In this document: piece after piece, positions 27,800 through 38,104 of the stretch
Layout: each line of letters opens with the position of its first letter
Numbering within the stretch: the first letter of the stretch is position 1
IMG/VR virus record: IMGVR_UViG_3300005056_000001
Coordinates: 1-64,000 of that record
DNA length: 64,000 bases
Direction: 5' to 3' (one strand)
Program-made: the position numbers and the translations under genes
The notes under the pieces: generated by a model
Told to the model about the DNA's origin: nothing
What the model saw: the letters and a program-made list of their open reading frames with translations, nothing else
Databases searched by the model: none

Positions 27800-28510
27800 T
27801 TAAGACAACACCGAGTTTGTGATTCGGTGCCTTATTAATTTAAGCTTTTTTCTGTACTCGGTCATGTCATCGAGATCGTCTTTGCTCAAAAACTCCTGAA
27901 AATTATTATTGGCAAAGGTCTTCAAAGACCCGATAATGTCGTCCAAGGCCTCGACGCTTTCATCTGTAGCAAAGAATTTGTTGTGTAGGAGCCCATGAAC
28001 AACAAGTATATCAATCGCCTTTACCTTACCGTGTAGCTTCATGAACCTATCAAAAGCATCAACGCTTTTATTTTCATTAACCCTATTATACAAAGACTTG
28101 ACATCAATATTTTCTAGATTTGAAATCACATTCCTGACAGCACACTCAAACCTTGCGTAATTTGATATCCCCGAGTCAAAGCGATATCCGATAACATTTT
28201 CCATAGAATCTCCAATGGATATTTCAACACGTGTGAGATTAATCCCATTGTTTTTACACACACTTTCGATTGTTGTCATCAGCAAGGAACTTATGACATC
28301 CTTTTCAAATAAATGCATAAACAACAATATTATTTCCTTTGAAACGCCCAAGTGAAAAACAAAGTCTCCCTCAAAGGTAAAATCAAATCCATGAAGTTGT
28401 TTAACCCTAAGGACATCACCTTTATTTTCGGTTTCGATTGTGAAACTATAATACGTATTATAGTTCATCCCTTCCTCCAAGTCATTAAGACTAATTTTTA
28501 TTGTTTTCAT
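27800..28510 (-). CDS. hypothetical protein
   Basis: 236-aa ORF. Confidence 0.7.
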   Translation of the reverse strand: MKTIKISLNDLEEGMNYNTYYSFTIETENKGDVLRVKQLHGFDFTFEGDFVFHLGVSKEIILLFMHLFEKDVISSLLMTTIESVCKNNGINLTRVEISIGDSMENVIGYRFDSGISNYARFECAVRNVISNLENIDVKSLYNRVNENKSVDAFDRFMKLHGKVKAIDILVVHGLLHNKFFATDESVEALDDIIGSLKTFANNNFQEFLSKDDLDDMTEYRKKLKLIRHRITNSVLS

Positions 28511-28513
28511 TTC

Positions 28514-29185
28514 CTAGTAATTTTCTCCTAATTTATTTAATTTAATTTCAATCTCATCCAACTCCTTTACTATATTGTCTTCCTCCTGTTCTCCTTGTTT
28601 TTCTGCCAACCTTAGCAGAATTTTCCCACGCTCTTCTGTTAGTTCCGCTTTTTGTTTTTTGTGATTGTCTTCGTGTTTGGTTGTAGGTATGTGTATTTCT
28701 GTCTGTGGGCGGTTTATGAGTATTTCTGTATTTGGATTGTCCTTCAAGAAATCGGATAATTTCTTAGAATATATTTGTTGATTAATATGAAACTGACTCA
28801 TTTTAGATTCCGTGGGAGGCGTCTCTTTTTTGTCGATTCTCCGACTAAAAGCGGCACCCATACTATCAACCTTCCCCCCGAGAGTGTCCATGACACCCAT
28901 AACACCATCAAGTACATTACCCAACCTGCCATACACACTAGAAGGCGTTGACGAGTTCTGTATTGCCTTGGTAAACAAGGACACAACACCGTTTATGCAC
29001 CATTTTGATAATTCTATGGCCTGCTCCACAGTCCATATCACAGCCTTTAATAAGACAGGAAATACGAATTTAAATAATTCGACTACGCCCTCAAATATTG
29101 TGGCCAACAAAGAAAAGAATGCTTCGGGTGCCAATATTAATATCAGGATAAAAAATACGATACAGATTAGGAGTGTTGTGGTCAT
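28514..29185 (-). CDS. hypothetical membrane protein
   Basis: Hydrophobic N-terminus, coiled-coil C-terminus. Confidence 0.7.
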   Translation of the reverse strand: MTTTLLICIVFFILILILAPEAFFSLLATIFEGVVELFKFVFPVLLKAVIWTVEQAIELSKWCINGVVSLFTKAIQNSSTPSSVYGRLGNVLDGVMGVMDTLGGKVDSMGAAFSRRIDKKETPPTESKMSQFHINQQIYSKKLSDFLKDNPNTEILINRPQTEIHIPTTKHEDNHKKQKAELTEERGKILLRLAEKQGEQEEDNIVKELDEIEIKLNKLGENY

Positions 29186-29203
29186 AATTTATAATTTTTT
29201 GTA

Positions 29204-29842
29204 TTAGCTGATATAGAATCCGTTTTCTTGGCACTTTTTTATTAATTGCTTGATGGCCTCTTTTTTGGTGCCATACTCGTTTATGATGGCCAATTCAATG
29301 TTGTCGTTGCTATACATACCAAGGAGGCGTATTGTGGCATTTTCTTTGTCTAGGAACGCTACCATAGACTTTGCAAGACAATCCGTGGGGGATATATCCA
29401 ATGATCCGTCCGAGGGTTGATTGGAATCGACAAGCAAATCACACAGATTAATATCCATCTCATAAATATCCTCCATAAGATATTCGATTATATTTGTGTT
29501 GTCGAATTTTAGATATTTGGTACTGCCGTTATCATCAAGAACAACCAATTGGATATTATGCTTTTTGCAAATATATTCAATAATCTCCTCGTCAGGTTCA
29601 TTGCGATACGAGGCATTCAATACAATGGCAACATTTAGCTTGTCGTCACAGGTGTTTTCCATGCCTACAGCCATTGTGTGACCCGACACTCCAAGCATGT
29701 GATTGTGCGTATCACGGCCTATTTTGTCGGTGTGTATTGAAGTGGTCAATGTGATTCCGTTAAATTCCACAATCTTACATTCGCCTAAACGAATATTATT
29801 CCACATTTCTTCTGTGCTAATTTTTTTATAAAGCGTTTTCAT
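29204..29842 (-). CDS. hypothetical protein
   Basis: ORF. Confidence 0.7.
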   Translation of the reverse strand: MKTLYKKISTEEMWNNIRLGECKIVEFNGITLTTSIHTDKIGRDTHNHMLGVSGHTMAVGMENTCDDKLNVAIVLNASYRNEPDEEIIEYICKKHNIQLVVLDDNGSTKYLKFDNTNIIEYLMEDIYEMDINLCDLLVDSNQPSDGSLDISPTDCLAKSMVAFLDKENATIRLLGMYSNDNIELAIINEYGTKKEAIKQLIKKCQENGFYIS

Positions 29843-29880
29843 TATTATGTTTTTTGAGTTACTATGTTGTTTTTGAATTA

Positions 29881-30477
29881 TTATTTATCCGTGTCTAGTG
29901 ACATCAGAAATTCCGTGAGGCGTTTATGGTCACCCTCTATTTTATTGGTATACGCAACCTCTCCTAGTTCATACATGAGACCCAAGGCTTTTACGTCTTT
30001 TTGGTAGGCAATTCCGTTGGTCAATATCCCGAGTACAATTTTATTTTCTTGGATATTAATTTTTTCAGACCATGTTAACTCATTGGAGTTGTTTATGCTC
30101 GTGTGTATATTGACAAGATTTTCGAACCATTGGTATAAATTGTCAATTGCGTAAATTGCATCATAAATACTTTCTATTATAGAATCTGTCCATACAAAAG
30201 TGTTTGTGCAATCGCTTTCGACTTTCATTTCACCATCAAAATCAAGATAGAATATACCACTGCTGTATTTTGTTATATTCAAATCGCATGGTTGTGGATT
30301 GAATAAAAACCGTCCGCTAATCGCATCACCGATAGTGCTAATAGACACACTAGACACTATACAGTCCCCAAGTATCGTTGGTCTTTTATCAACAGGAAAG
30401 TAAAATCTCGAATTACCTTCTACTGTAACATTTTCTATTATACCTTGGATGTATTGTATCTTTTTTTGGATGGTCAT
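29881..30477 (-). CDS. hypothetical protein
   Basis: ORF downstream of a promoter with TTAACA box (30502-30563). Confidence 0.7.
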   Translation of the reverse strand: MTIQKKIQYIQGIIENVTVEGNSRFYFPVDKRPTILGDCIVSSVSISTIGDAISGRFLFNPQPCDLNITKYSSGIFYLDFDGEMKVESDCTNTFVWTDSIIESIYDAIYAIDNLYQWFENLVNIHTSINNSNELTWSEKINIQENKIVLGILTNGIAYQKDVKALGLMYELGEVAYTNKIEGDHKRLTEFLMSLDTDK

Positions 30478-30567
30478 GATTATTATTTTATTAACAATAC
30501 TCTAATATACAACAGTTTTTTGAATACACAAGCACATCGGACTATATTAACATTATTTTAACACTTT

Positions 30568-31182
30568 CTATTTTTGGCTGTCACGGCGTGTTTTTACTGT
30601 AGGCTTAAACATACCCGAGAATATTAAACCACCTGCAAGATCCAACATGAGATCATCAATCTCGCCACCATGAAAATCTTTTAGCCAATCAAAAACATTG
30701 GATACTGTGTGAATTTGGGTTGGAGTGTATTCCTTGGTGATAAAATCAAGTTTTGGAAGATGCTTTTTGTCTGCAATTAATACAGAAAGACTCATGGAGC
30801 CGTCAATGATAAATTTCATGTGCTCACCTGTCTTGTATGCGAAGTAGCCTTGTAATACAGGTTTATTGTCATAATTGGCAATATCTGTTGTGTCTTCGCC
30901 CTTGATTAGTTTTAATTTACCTTTTGTGTTTGTGATAATTTTTGCGATATTGGTACTATTAACATCCCATAATGTACTGTCAGACATTTTTTGACACCCC
31001 TTAATGTCATACATAACGCCGTCAATATGACATATATCAAACTCTTTCATGCTTGACATTGGATTGTGTGCCACGACAAAGCTATTTTCGATATCCAAAC
31101 CCGAAACCTTGAACATGTTGTTTACTTGCTCAAGAGAAAATCCGAGTGATTTTAGGTATTCGATTGTGGTTAATTTTTTCAT
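30568..31182 (-). CDS. hypothetical protein
   Basis: Start MKKLTT after the promoter at 31221-31281. Confidence 0.7.
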   Translation of the reverse strand: MKKLTTIEYLKSLGFSLEQVNNMFKVSGLDIENSFVVAHNPMSSMKEFDICHIDGVMYDIKGCQKMSDSTLWDVNSTNIAKIITNTKGKLKLIKGEDTTDIANYDNKPVLQGYFAYKTGEHMKFIIDGSMSLSVLIADKKHLPKLDFITKEYTPTQIHTVSNVFDWLKDFHGGEIDDLMLDLAGGLIFSGMFKPTVKTRRDSQK

Positions 31183-31220
31183 GTTTCGTTGTGTATTAAT
31201 GATTACTATTGATTGCCTTA

Positions 31221-31281
31221 CAAATATAGGCAAAAATCCGTACCTAAAAGAATAGATACGGATTTTAACATTTCTTTAACA
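31221..31281 (-). promoter_or_regulatory. host-type promoter, hairpin and TTAACA-N5-TTAACA box
   Basis: Near copy of 2663-2724. Confidence 0.75.
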
Positions 31282-31288
31282 CTTTATA

Positions 31289-31582
31289 TCATAACAGATT
31301 CAACTTACGCTGCAATTCGCACAACACAGCCATTTTCTTCACAATACTAGAATGATCAGGAGGAAAATTTTCTCTGAGTTTATTTACCCGACCAAGCACA
31401 CGATCAAAAATATATGATAGCGCAGCCTTATTATTATCAAAACATTTCATTCCGTTGGACTGTAAATCCCATGAAGACTTATACCCCTTTGGAGTAAACC
31501 TGTCGCAGTTTTCTGAAAGTGTACCAAACACCCTGTTAGAGCTATTTTGTTTTGGTTCTACAAAAAAGTAAAATTTATCCAT
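31289..31582 (-). CDS. hypothetical protein
   Basis: ORF. Confidence 0.6.
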   Translation of the reverse strand: MDKFYFFVEPKQNSSNRVFGTLSENCDRFTPKGYKSSWDLQSNGMKCFDNNKAALSYIFDRVLGRVNKLRENFPPDHSSIVKKMAVLCELQRKLNLL

Positions 31583-31606
31583 ATTATTTTATGATGTTTT
31601 TTGGCT

Positions 31607-31933
31607 TTACACGCCATAGTGCTTTATCGTTTCGGGATGCACCGAAACATTTTTAATCTTCAATATATCCACAAGGTGTTCGCTGTCGGGTTCGTCAGAC
31701 AATGGCAAAACAAGTTTCCCGTCCAAAAACTCATACGTACCTTCTTGTGTATCATAAATTCCCTCCGAAAAAATAAGGTCTCTATGTAGAATCTTAAAGA
31801 TTTTTGAATAAGCCCCTTTATACATCCTAGAAACTCCCCTAACCAACTCGTAAGGGTCACCTTTGATTTGTATTAGGAGCTTAAATTTCGGTGCTGCTAC
31901 TAACTCTTGTATTGGTCTTTGTACTCGTTTCAT
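31607..31933 (-). CDS. putative internal head protein (MKRVQ leader)
   Basis: MKRVQRPIQE leader. Confidence 0.5.
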   Translation of the reverse strand: MKRVQRPIQELVAAPKFKLLIQIKGDPYELVRGVSRMYKGAYSKIFKILHRDLIFSEGIYDTQEGTYEFLDGKLVLPLSDEPDSEHLVDILKIKNVSVHPETIKHYGV

Positions 31934-32058
31934 GATTGGTTTTTTACATGGACTAATCTATATGATCAGTCGTAACAATACTCAAATATACAACACTTTT
32001 TGAATATCTAGGCATTTTGCATTATTTTAACATTTCTTTAACAAAAATTACCCTACAA

Positions 32059-32490
32059 TCATTTCGGACTAGGCAACAACTCGCTCTTCATTGCCTTGAC
32101 ATAATCCCTAGACAGGTTCCGATTGAATTGAGGGGTGTATTCCCTGTGCTCGATGGCATAATTAACAGTATCAATAAGAGACTGTACCACATTGTTATCA
32201 AACATAAATCCATTATCTCTCAAATAGATGTTATCAAAAAGTTCGTCGGTAAAGTCGTGTTTACCATTATTGATTCTGTCATACCGTACCGCCTGACGTT
32301 GTGTTAGAACCGCAAGCATTTGGTATAAATTCTTGGTGCTTTTTTCTTGTGCCTCCTTGTTGTAATTTTTCTTTGGAGACAAGAATGTTCTTATATATAA
32401 AACAACATCCATATAGGACATGTATTTTATAAAGTCAGGAATCTTTGATTCGTTGGTATTCACACTTGCTGTTTTTTGTACTCGTTTCAT
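32059..32490 (-). CDS. putative internal head protein (MKRVQ leader)
   Basis: MKRVQKTASVNTNES leader; GTACATA upstream. Confidence 0.5.
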   Translation of the reverse strand: MKRVQKTASVNTNESKIPDFIKYMSYMDVVLYIRTFLSPKKNYNKEAQEKSTKNLYQMLAVLTQRQAVRYDRINNGKHDFTDELFDNIYLRDNGFMFDNNVVQSLIDTVNYAIEHREYTPQFNRNLSRDYVKAMKSELLPSPK

Positions 32491-32522
32491 GATTATTTTT
32501 TAAGATATGTACAGATTAAAAC

Positions 32523-33158
32523 CTAAATAAATATTCTAAAGTTGGTCTGAATGTGATTATTAATAACCTGCTTGATGTCGCTATACTGCTTGGTCAAGTC
32601 TTGGATACTAGCCCATCCTTTGATTTCCCCCGCAGGAACTTTTCGGATAACCTCCAAAAAACCGTGGAGCATGGCATCCGTGTCCAACATAAGAAATTTT
32701 GAAAGTGGATAGGACAATTTTCCTGTTTTGTATCCAATAAATATAGGACAACTATCCGAAACCTCGGCAGTTTCCTTGTAGTCAAAGCAAAAAGACAAGG
32801 AATCATATTCTCTTAGCTTAGTATATAGGTCTTTGTATTGAGCCAACGACAGATAATCTAGTCTGTCAAACGTCCGAACACTTTGATTGGTGTCATTGAG
32901 CATTCGGAACGCCGTAAGCAACACATAGGTATCGTTTTCGTCCTTACAGACATAGATGTCGGTTCCTTTATTAATACCAACAGGATTTGTTGGTGTCAGA
33001 TACATAACCCTGTCGGGTTGGTATCCGTGGCCCGCACATGTTTTTTCTATTCTGTCGGATAGTCCCTTACCAACCTGTCTGAGCTCAATCCCGTTAGGAT
33101 TCGTGATTTTGCGTTCGCACATCATATCACGTGCATGTTTTGTTATAAAAAATTCCAT
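32523..33158 (-). CDS. hypothetical protein
   Basis: ORF with N-terminal ITKHARDMM.ER motif. Confidence 0.7.
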   Translation of the reverse strand: MEFFITKHARDMMCERKITNPNGIELRQVGKGLSDRIEKTCAGHGYQPDRVMYLTPTNPVGINKGTDIYVCKDENDTYVLLTAFRMLNDTNQSVRTFDRLDYLSLAQYKDLYTKLREYDSLSFCFDYKETAEVSDSCPIFIGYKTGKLSYPLSKFLMLDTDAMLHGFLEVIRKVPAGEIKGWASIQDLTKQYSDIKQVINNHIQTNFRIFI

Positions 33159-33312
33159 TTTAATTGATTATTGCTCCATCGAGCGATTGTTTAATTCCTG
33201 ACATTTATGTCGTCAGGATCATTGCCTTACAATAATAAGAAGAAAAATCCATACCAACAAGTGTTGGTATGGATTTTAACGTTTAATTAACACTTCGTGT
33301 GGATAACCGACA

Positions 33313-33612
33313 CTAACCGAATAAATCGGATCGCTCATGTGGTTTGTCAAGCCACACATCACATTCCTTGGCTGCCTTGTCACCCATCAATTTGGCATCA
33401 TGCAGCGAAACACAGGATATTTTCACAACAGGGTCACGCTTACACATTATCGGCATAGACCAAGAATCCATATATTCAACAACAAATCGTGAAGGTTTGT
33501 CATTGTATTGGACAATGATAATCTCATACCTGTTGCCACAGTCCCACATTAAATATGTGTCGGCCTCTTTTGGTTCCTTTATCCAATCTGCATGGTATGT
33601 GTGTTTTTCCAT
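33313..33612 (-). CDS. hypothetical protein
   Basis: ORF; start MEKHTY. Confidence 0.6.
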   Translation of the reverse strand: MEKHTYHADWIKEPKEADTYLMWDCGNRYEIIIVQYNDKPSRFVVEYMDSWSMPIMCKRDPVVKISCVSLHDAKLMGDKAAKECDVWLDKPHERSDLFG

Positions 33613-33631
33613 TGTGTTATTTATGGTTGTG

Positions 33632-33835
33632 TTAATAATCGCCATTATCAGAGAAAACAACGGATTCTTCATCTACCGAATATGATCTTATCCGTCCTGC
33701 ATCAATATCATCCGATAGACCTATCTTGATTCGTTCGTCCTGTATTAAGCCCTTGGCCTGTTCAAAAGATTCTGCAACCACGGTTACTTGGGCACTCACG
33801 TACATTCCGTTACCTACCCATATATAAATTTTCAT
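33632..33835 (-). CDS. hypothetical protein
   Basis: ORF. Confidence 0.6.
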   Translation of the reverse strand: MKIYIWVGNGMYVSAQVTVVAESFEQAKGLIQDERIKIGLSDDIDAGRIRSYSVDEESVVFSDNGDY

Positions 33836-33847
33836 AATTAGTGTTGT

Positions 33848-34384
33848 TTATTCTTGTGGAATACTACAATCAAGCTCCTCTAATTCCCCCACAACATCAA
33901 GCCCCAATTGGGCAGCCTCTGCGTTGGTTTGTTCCATGGCAGTTGTGTCATTGTCGGACTCAAAAATTAATGTGATTCCGTTGCTAAGATTTTGTGTGTA
34001 TGACACAACCATACTCTTATCAAGGGCGAGCCAAGCATTCCATGCATCACCACAAGAGTCCCACAGGATATTATCACGATTTTCGTCATGCAATATATTG
34101 CGATGGTGGTCGGATAATTTTCCGTCTTTTCCTAATAGTTGATTTTCTGTCTTCAAGACCCAAAGAGGATTACCATCTTTTTTAGAAACTGCCTCAATGA
34201 TTACATTTCTGTTTGTGACAGGACACTTTCCCATGTCAAATTTTGTGGCTGTTTCTAGCCATTCAGATTTAAGCATATTTTTTGATTTTGACCATACACA
34301 CAAGGCGTAACTTGGTCGAATAATAAAAATCTTGTACATATATCCACCTATACAAGATTTTATATAATGTATAAAGCGAGACAC
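33848..34384 (-). CDS. hypothetical protein
   Basis: ORF. Confidence 0.65.
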   Translation of the reverse strand: MSRFIHYIKSCIGGYMYKIFIIRPSYALCVWSKSKNMLKSEWLETATKFDMGKCPVTNRNVIIEAVSKKDGNPLWVLKTENQLLGKDGKLSDHHRNILHDENRDNILWDSCGDAWNAWLALDKSMVVSYTQNLSNGITLIFESDNDTTAMEQTNAEAAQLGLDVVGELEELDCSIPQE

Positions 34385-34397
34385 TGCTCATCAATTA

Positions 34398-34652
34398 CTA
34401 TTTAAAATAGAAATTATTGGGTAGTTTATTTTTACAGGCTGTACCAATCATAAAAACTCCCATGTCGCCTTCGAAATCGTCTTCCGAACTAACCAAATTT
34501 GAGCCATTGTCTACCAAGTGCACCCAATACTTAGGTTTTTTGATAACCTTCCCACAGCAAATACAGGCATTCTCAACCCCCTCGTCATAATCATCCGACT
34601 GTATATCACTTAGAGGGATTTTGAATATCCACCTATTAATAGCATTGCTCAT
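34398..34652 (-). CDS. hypothetical Zn-binding protein
   Basis: CICCGK...GTAC. Confidence 0.6.
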   Translation of the reverse strand: MSNAINRWIFKIPLSDIQSDDYDEGVENACICCGKVIKKPKYWVHLVDNGSNLVSSEDDFEGDMGVFMIGTACKNKLPNNFYFK

Positions 34653-34740
34653 GATTTTCTGTTTAAAAAATGTTCTACCGTATTGGTATATTCAAATGTA
34701 CAACAAAAAATCCAAAGTGTTTAATTTTAATGTATTATTT

Positions 34741-35013
34741 TTACCATTTGGCAATAATATTCAATTTCGGATGAACAACCTCATAGTCGGTATGCTGTTC
34801 TCGTGTCAAATGATGCGTGGCGTCTTCCCATACGGCGTCTTCTAAATCCCTTGAGAATGTGCGTCGTAATAGGGCATTTTCGGGCGTATCAATACAGAGC
34901 TTAAGAGTGCCTGTCCAATGTTTACACCTCACAATTCTGCCTTTAAGCATTTGGTGTTTAGCCCATGACCAAGAACCCTTTAATCCAAATGTTATTATAA
35001 TCCATTTTTTCAT
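34741..35013 (-). CDS. Tad2/DUF2829-like protein (paralog 3)
   Basis: WSWAKHQMLKGRIVRCKHWTG...W...EQHTDYEVV. Confidence 0.5.
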   Translation of the reverse strand: MKKWIIITFGLKGSWSWAKHQMLKGRIVRCKHWTGTLKLCIDTPENALLRRTFSRDLEDAVWEDATHHLTREQHTDYEVVHPKLNIIAKW

Positions 35014-35034
35014 TGTGTTGTTTTTTTATTGCCC

Positions 35035-35343
35035 TTACAAAACACTTTCGGTATTCTTAATAAGAATCTCGAGCGCAAGATCCGTGAATAGTTGATTCCC
35101 GTGATATGTAAACTGTGCAACATCAACATCCATGGCTCCAATACCACTCATAACCATCTTGGTTGCCACTAGCCAATCCACACCCTTCGAAAAGTATTCA
35201 ATCTTTTTTGAGACATACAAAAAGTCGTCTTCAGGAACCTTCATTACGGTTTCTACAACCCTAAATTGATGCTTATACTTCTCGCCAAGCTCAAACTGTG
35301 GCACCAAGCCGATTTGTTTTAGATAATCTTTTAGTAATTCCAT
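35035..35343 (-). CDS. hypothetical protein
   Basis: ORF. Confidence 0.65.
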   Translation of the reverse strand: MELLKDYLKQIGLVPQFELGEKYKHQFRVVETVMKVPEDDFLYVSKKIEYFSKGVDWLVATKMVMSGIGAMDVDVAQFTYHGNQLFTDLALEILIKNTESVL

Positions 35344-35522
35344 TAGTCCACAGTTTTTACCCTAACCGAGCCGTTACCAATCGCCAATTCAAGTTGACCT
35401 TCCATATCCGATATGCCTGTGTCGGGGAATTCGACATCCTCCCAACAATATCCAATAAAAGATTGGTATTTAAATCCGCCAACAAATTCTTCTTTTTTGG
35501 GTACTCTGTATCCTTTTTTCAT
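35343..35522 (-). CDS. small hypothetical protein (59 aa, below ORF-track cutoff)
   Basis: Manual translation MKKGYRVPKKEEFVGGFKYQ...VKTVD; TAATG coupling to the next gene. Confidence 0.6.
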   Translation of the reverse strand: MKKGYRVPKKEEFVGGFKYQSFIGYCWEDVEFPDTGISDMEGQLELAIGNGSVRVKTVD

Positions 35523-35545
35523 GCCTTATAATAATTTTTATCTGC

Positions 35546-36013
35546 TTATAATAATTTATACCTTCTTTCGCCCTGCATTTTTTCAATAGACGAAACCGTG
35601 TCAGAGAAATATATAATACGTCCCAATTCATGGTCTTCGTGTCCAAGAACAGTTGCAAGGAAGCGTATGGCACCCTCAAAGTCTTGTCCTACGATTGTGT
35701 CATATGCAGCATCGTTTTCCAAGACGGGTGTAATTTGTTTCCATTGATCATCAAAGCCTTCACAACCCAACGTTTCAAGAAACATATGAAAACAGACCTT
35801 TTTTACATTGCTCATGGCCTCAAGATACATTCCTTGTATTTTGGTTGTGTCTCCGCTCAGGTCTTCAAACAATGAAAGCCATTTCATAAAGAAAGGATTG
35901 TCTATGGCGCACATCATTTGACGATGGTCAAAACCCTCGTCCTTTAGAAATCTGTAGAGGTTGAAATTTGGACGTATTGATATCCCGTTAATTATTGCTA
36001 TTGTGCTAGTCAT
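35546..36013 (-). CDS. hypothetical protein
   Basis: ORF. Confidence 0.65.
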   Translation of the reverse strand: MTSTIAIINGISIRPNFNLYRFLKDEGFDHRQMMCAIDNPFFMKWLSLFEDLSGDTTKIQGMYLEAMSNVKKVCFHMFLETLGCEGFDDQWKQITPVLENDAAYDTIVGQDFEGAIRFLATVLGHEDHELGRIIYFSDTVSSIEKMQGERRYKLL

Positions 36014-36095
36014 TTGGTTTATTTTATGAATTGTTTATGACAAAAAATGTACAAAAAGGAAAACGCTTGTATATTTTCCTTTTTGTTGAATGTGT

Positions 36096-36788
36096 TTATG
36101 GCAAATTTTCGATGTGTTCATCCTTGACAAGTGCCATATTTTCGTATCCGTATGTGTGTAAGGGATTTGAGACCCATCCGTCAACGTCCTCTTTTGGCTG
36201 AGAAAAGGTCTTGTCTGTGTATGGTGCCAAAATCCATGTTGCCATTTCTGCCATGTAGGTAAGCACAAAATAGTCGGCCTCTTCCTGAAATTCATCTTTG
36301 TAGATGTAAATTTGGTCACCTTCCTTGAAATCGTGGTCAGGATGTGGCTTCAGAGGGGCTATGTATTCTTTGTGTTCCTTGAGTGTCATTTTTCCGTCAG
36401 GAATGAAACTGTATAGAAAGTTTGGCTGTAATTTCACCTCTCCTTTCACCCATACCAACTCACCACTCTCGTTTCGTTCGAGTGTGATCTCTTGGTCGCC
36501 TGTACTTGGACTTGGTTCTCGTGACATTGGTGCCGTGTCGTAAACGGTTTCTGTCATAATGACTTCTCTGAATTCGTCCTGTGAATACACCTCAAAGTTA
36601 TTGCGATTGGTCTTAACAAGCCAATGACTTAACGGCACCGAAAACGAACCGTTCATATTCGTGATACACATCAAACCGTCAGCGTTCTCGACCTGACAAT
36701 CCTCCCCCACAAATTTTTGTACCTCATCTATATCGCCGACAATTAACATAGCATCGAGTCGATTTTTTAAATATATAAATTTACCCAT
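36096..36788 (-). CDS. hypothetical protein
   Basis: ORF; start MGKFIY. Confidence 0.7.
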   Translation of the reverse strand: MGKFIYLKNRLDAMLIVGDIDEVQKFVGEDCQVENADGLMCITNMNGSFSVPLSHWLVKTNRNNFEVYSQDEFREVIMTETVYDTAPMSREPSPSTGDQEITLERNESGELVWVKGEVKLQPNFLYSFIPDGKMTLKEHKEYIAPLKPHPDHDFKEGDQIYIYKDEFQEEADYFVLTYMAEMATWILAPYTDKTFSQPKEDVDGWVSNPLHTYGYENMALVKDEHIENLP

Positions 36789-36903
36789 AATAATATTTGT
36801 TACTAATTTTGTTGTTTGTAAACTGTAAACATACAAAAAATAATCAACAAAAAAAGGAAAATACAAAAGTATTTTCCTTTTTTACTAATATGTTTGTGCT
36901 GTG

Positions 36904-37656
36904 CTATACACAGATCAATGCATTAACGAATCGTTCGGTTGATGCAATGACAAGCTCCTCAAGGCTGTCGTGCTCAATAAACGGAATCGTATACGAATAT
37001 GTCATGACTTTTTCGAAGCGTAATCGTCCTGTTTTACGGGTCTCCAATACACGAAGGTCTAACGAGCATACTTTGCTCTCAAAAAGATTTAGCATTGAGC
37101 CCGCCTCTAGTTTTTGTATATCATGTATACTGTTACAATATGCCTCGTTTGATATCGCAATAAGGTCTAGGAGCTGTTCGTGGTAGTAGTTGGATTTTTG
37201 TGTTTTAAACTTGTCTTCCTGACCGCCCCATGTCCATGTACAATCCGTCTGTGTTACATATAGCCTGTCATTGTCCAATAATAATGTGTTGCCTTGTAGG
37301 TGTATATTTTCAAACCTTCCGATGTGTGTATTGACAAACGTCTCCAAAAACAAATCAAACGACTTCTTGTTGGAATCAATGCTTTTTGGTAGACTGACAA
37401 TTGCCTGTCGTTGGGCATGAAATTTAAAAACGTTTTGGCACCCATTGTGTTTTGTGGAATATAGTTTCCACAGACCGTCCTTTATTTTCTTGACGCTATA
37501 CGATATAGTGTCGCAATAGGGCGAATGGAATAAAATAACACCGTTGTTGTATGTTATACTATAACCATCATGTGTATACTCGCCTACTGCGATATTTTCG
37601 AGTGCTGTGGAAGCAATTGCCTCCATGAATTCTGATTTTCTAAGTTTTGTGTTCAA
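36904..37656 (-). CDS. hypothetical protein
   Basis: 250-aa ORF. Confidence 0.65.
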   Translation of the reverse strand: MNTKLRKSEFMEAIASTALENIAVGEYTHDGYSITYNNGVILFHSPYCDTISYSVKKIKDGLWKLYSTKHNGCQNVFKFHAQRQAIVSLPKSIDSNKKSFDLFLETFVNTHIGRFENIHLQGNTLLLDNDRLYVTQTDCTWTWGGQEDKFKTQKSNYYHEQLLDLIAISNEAYCNSIHDIQKLEAGSMLNLFESKVCSLDLRVLETRKTGRLRFEKVMTYSYTIPFIEHDSLEELVIASTERFVNALICV

Positions 37657-37733
37657 TTGTGATATGATTTTTTTTGTTTGTAATCAAATTGATGACACAA
37701 AAATAGGACTAAATATCAAGACCACAAAACTTT

Positions 37734-38066
37734 TTAGGCTATTATTTCAAAAAGAGGGGCGGAATTATGATTCCACCAATAGACATAAAACTCTACATCT
37801 TTAATTTTCACCTTTTTATACATATTTTCGGCAAATTTGTCTACGATTTCATCGAACAAAAACCAATCCCCGTCGTCAAATTCAAATCTTTTGCCTGCTT
37901 CGGCACAAATAGCCTCATAATTTTTCTTGGGGCTTTTGATGTTGGCAGAATTGATGATAATATTCTCACAAAACCATATGAATGCGTTAAGTACATGGGT
38001 ATCAGTAATAACGTGTTCGTTTAATATGTCTTTAAAATTGGCTCTTTTTGTTCCGTTGAATTTCAT
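37734..38066 (-). CDS. hypothetical protein
   Basis: ORF. Confidence 0.65.
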   Translation of the reverse strand: MKFNGTKRANFKDILNEHVITDTHVLNAFIWFCENIIINSANIKSPKKNYEAICAEAGKRFEFDDGDWFLFDEIVDKFAENMYKKVKIKDVEFYVYWWNHNSAPLFEIIA

Positions 38067-38104
38067 GTTGTGTTTTTATCAATAACGACATAAATCCAAG
38101 AAAG

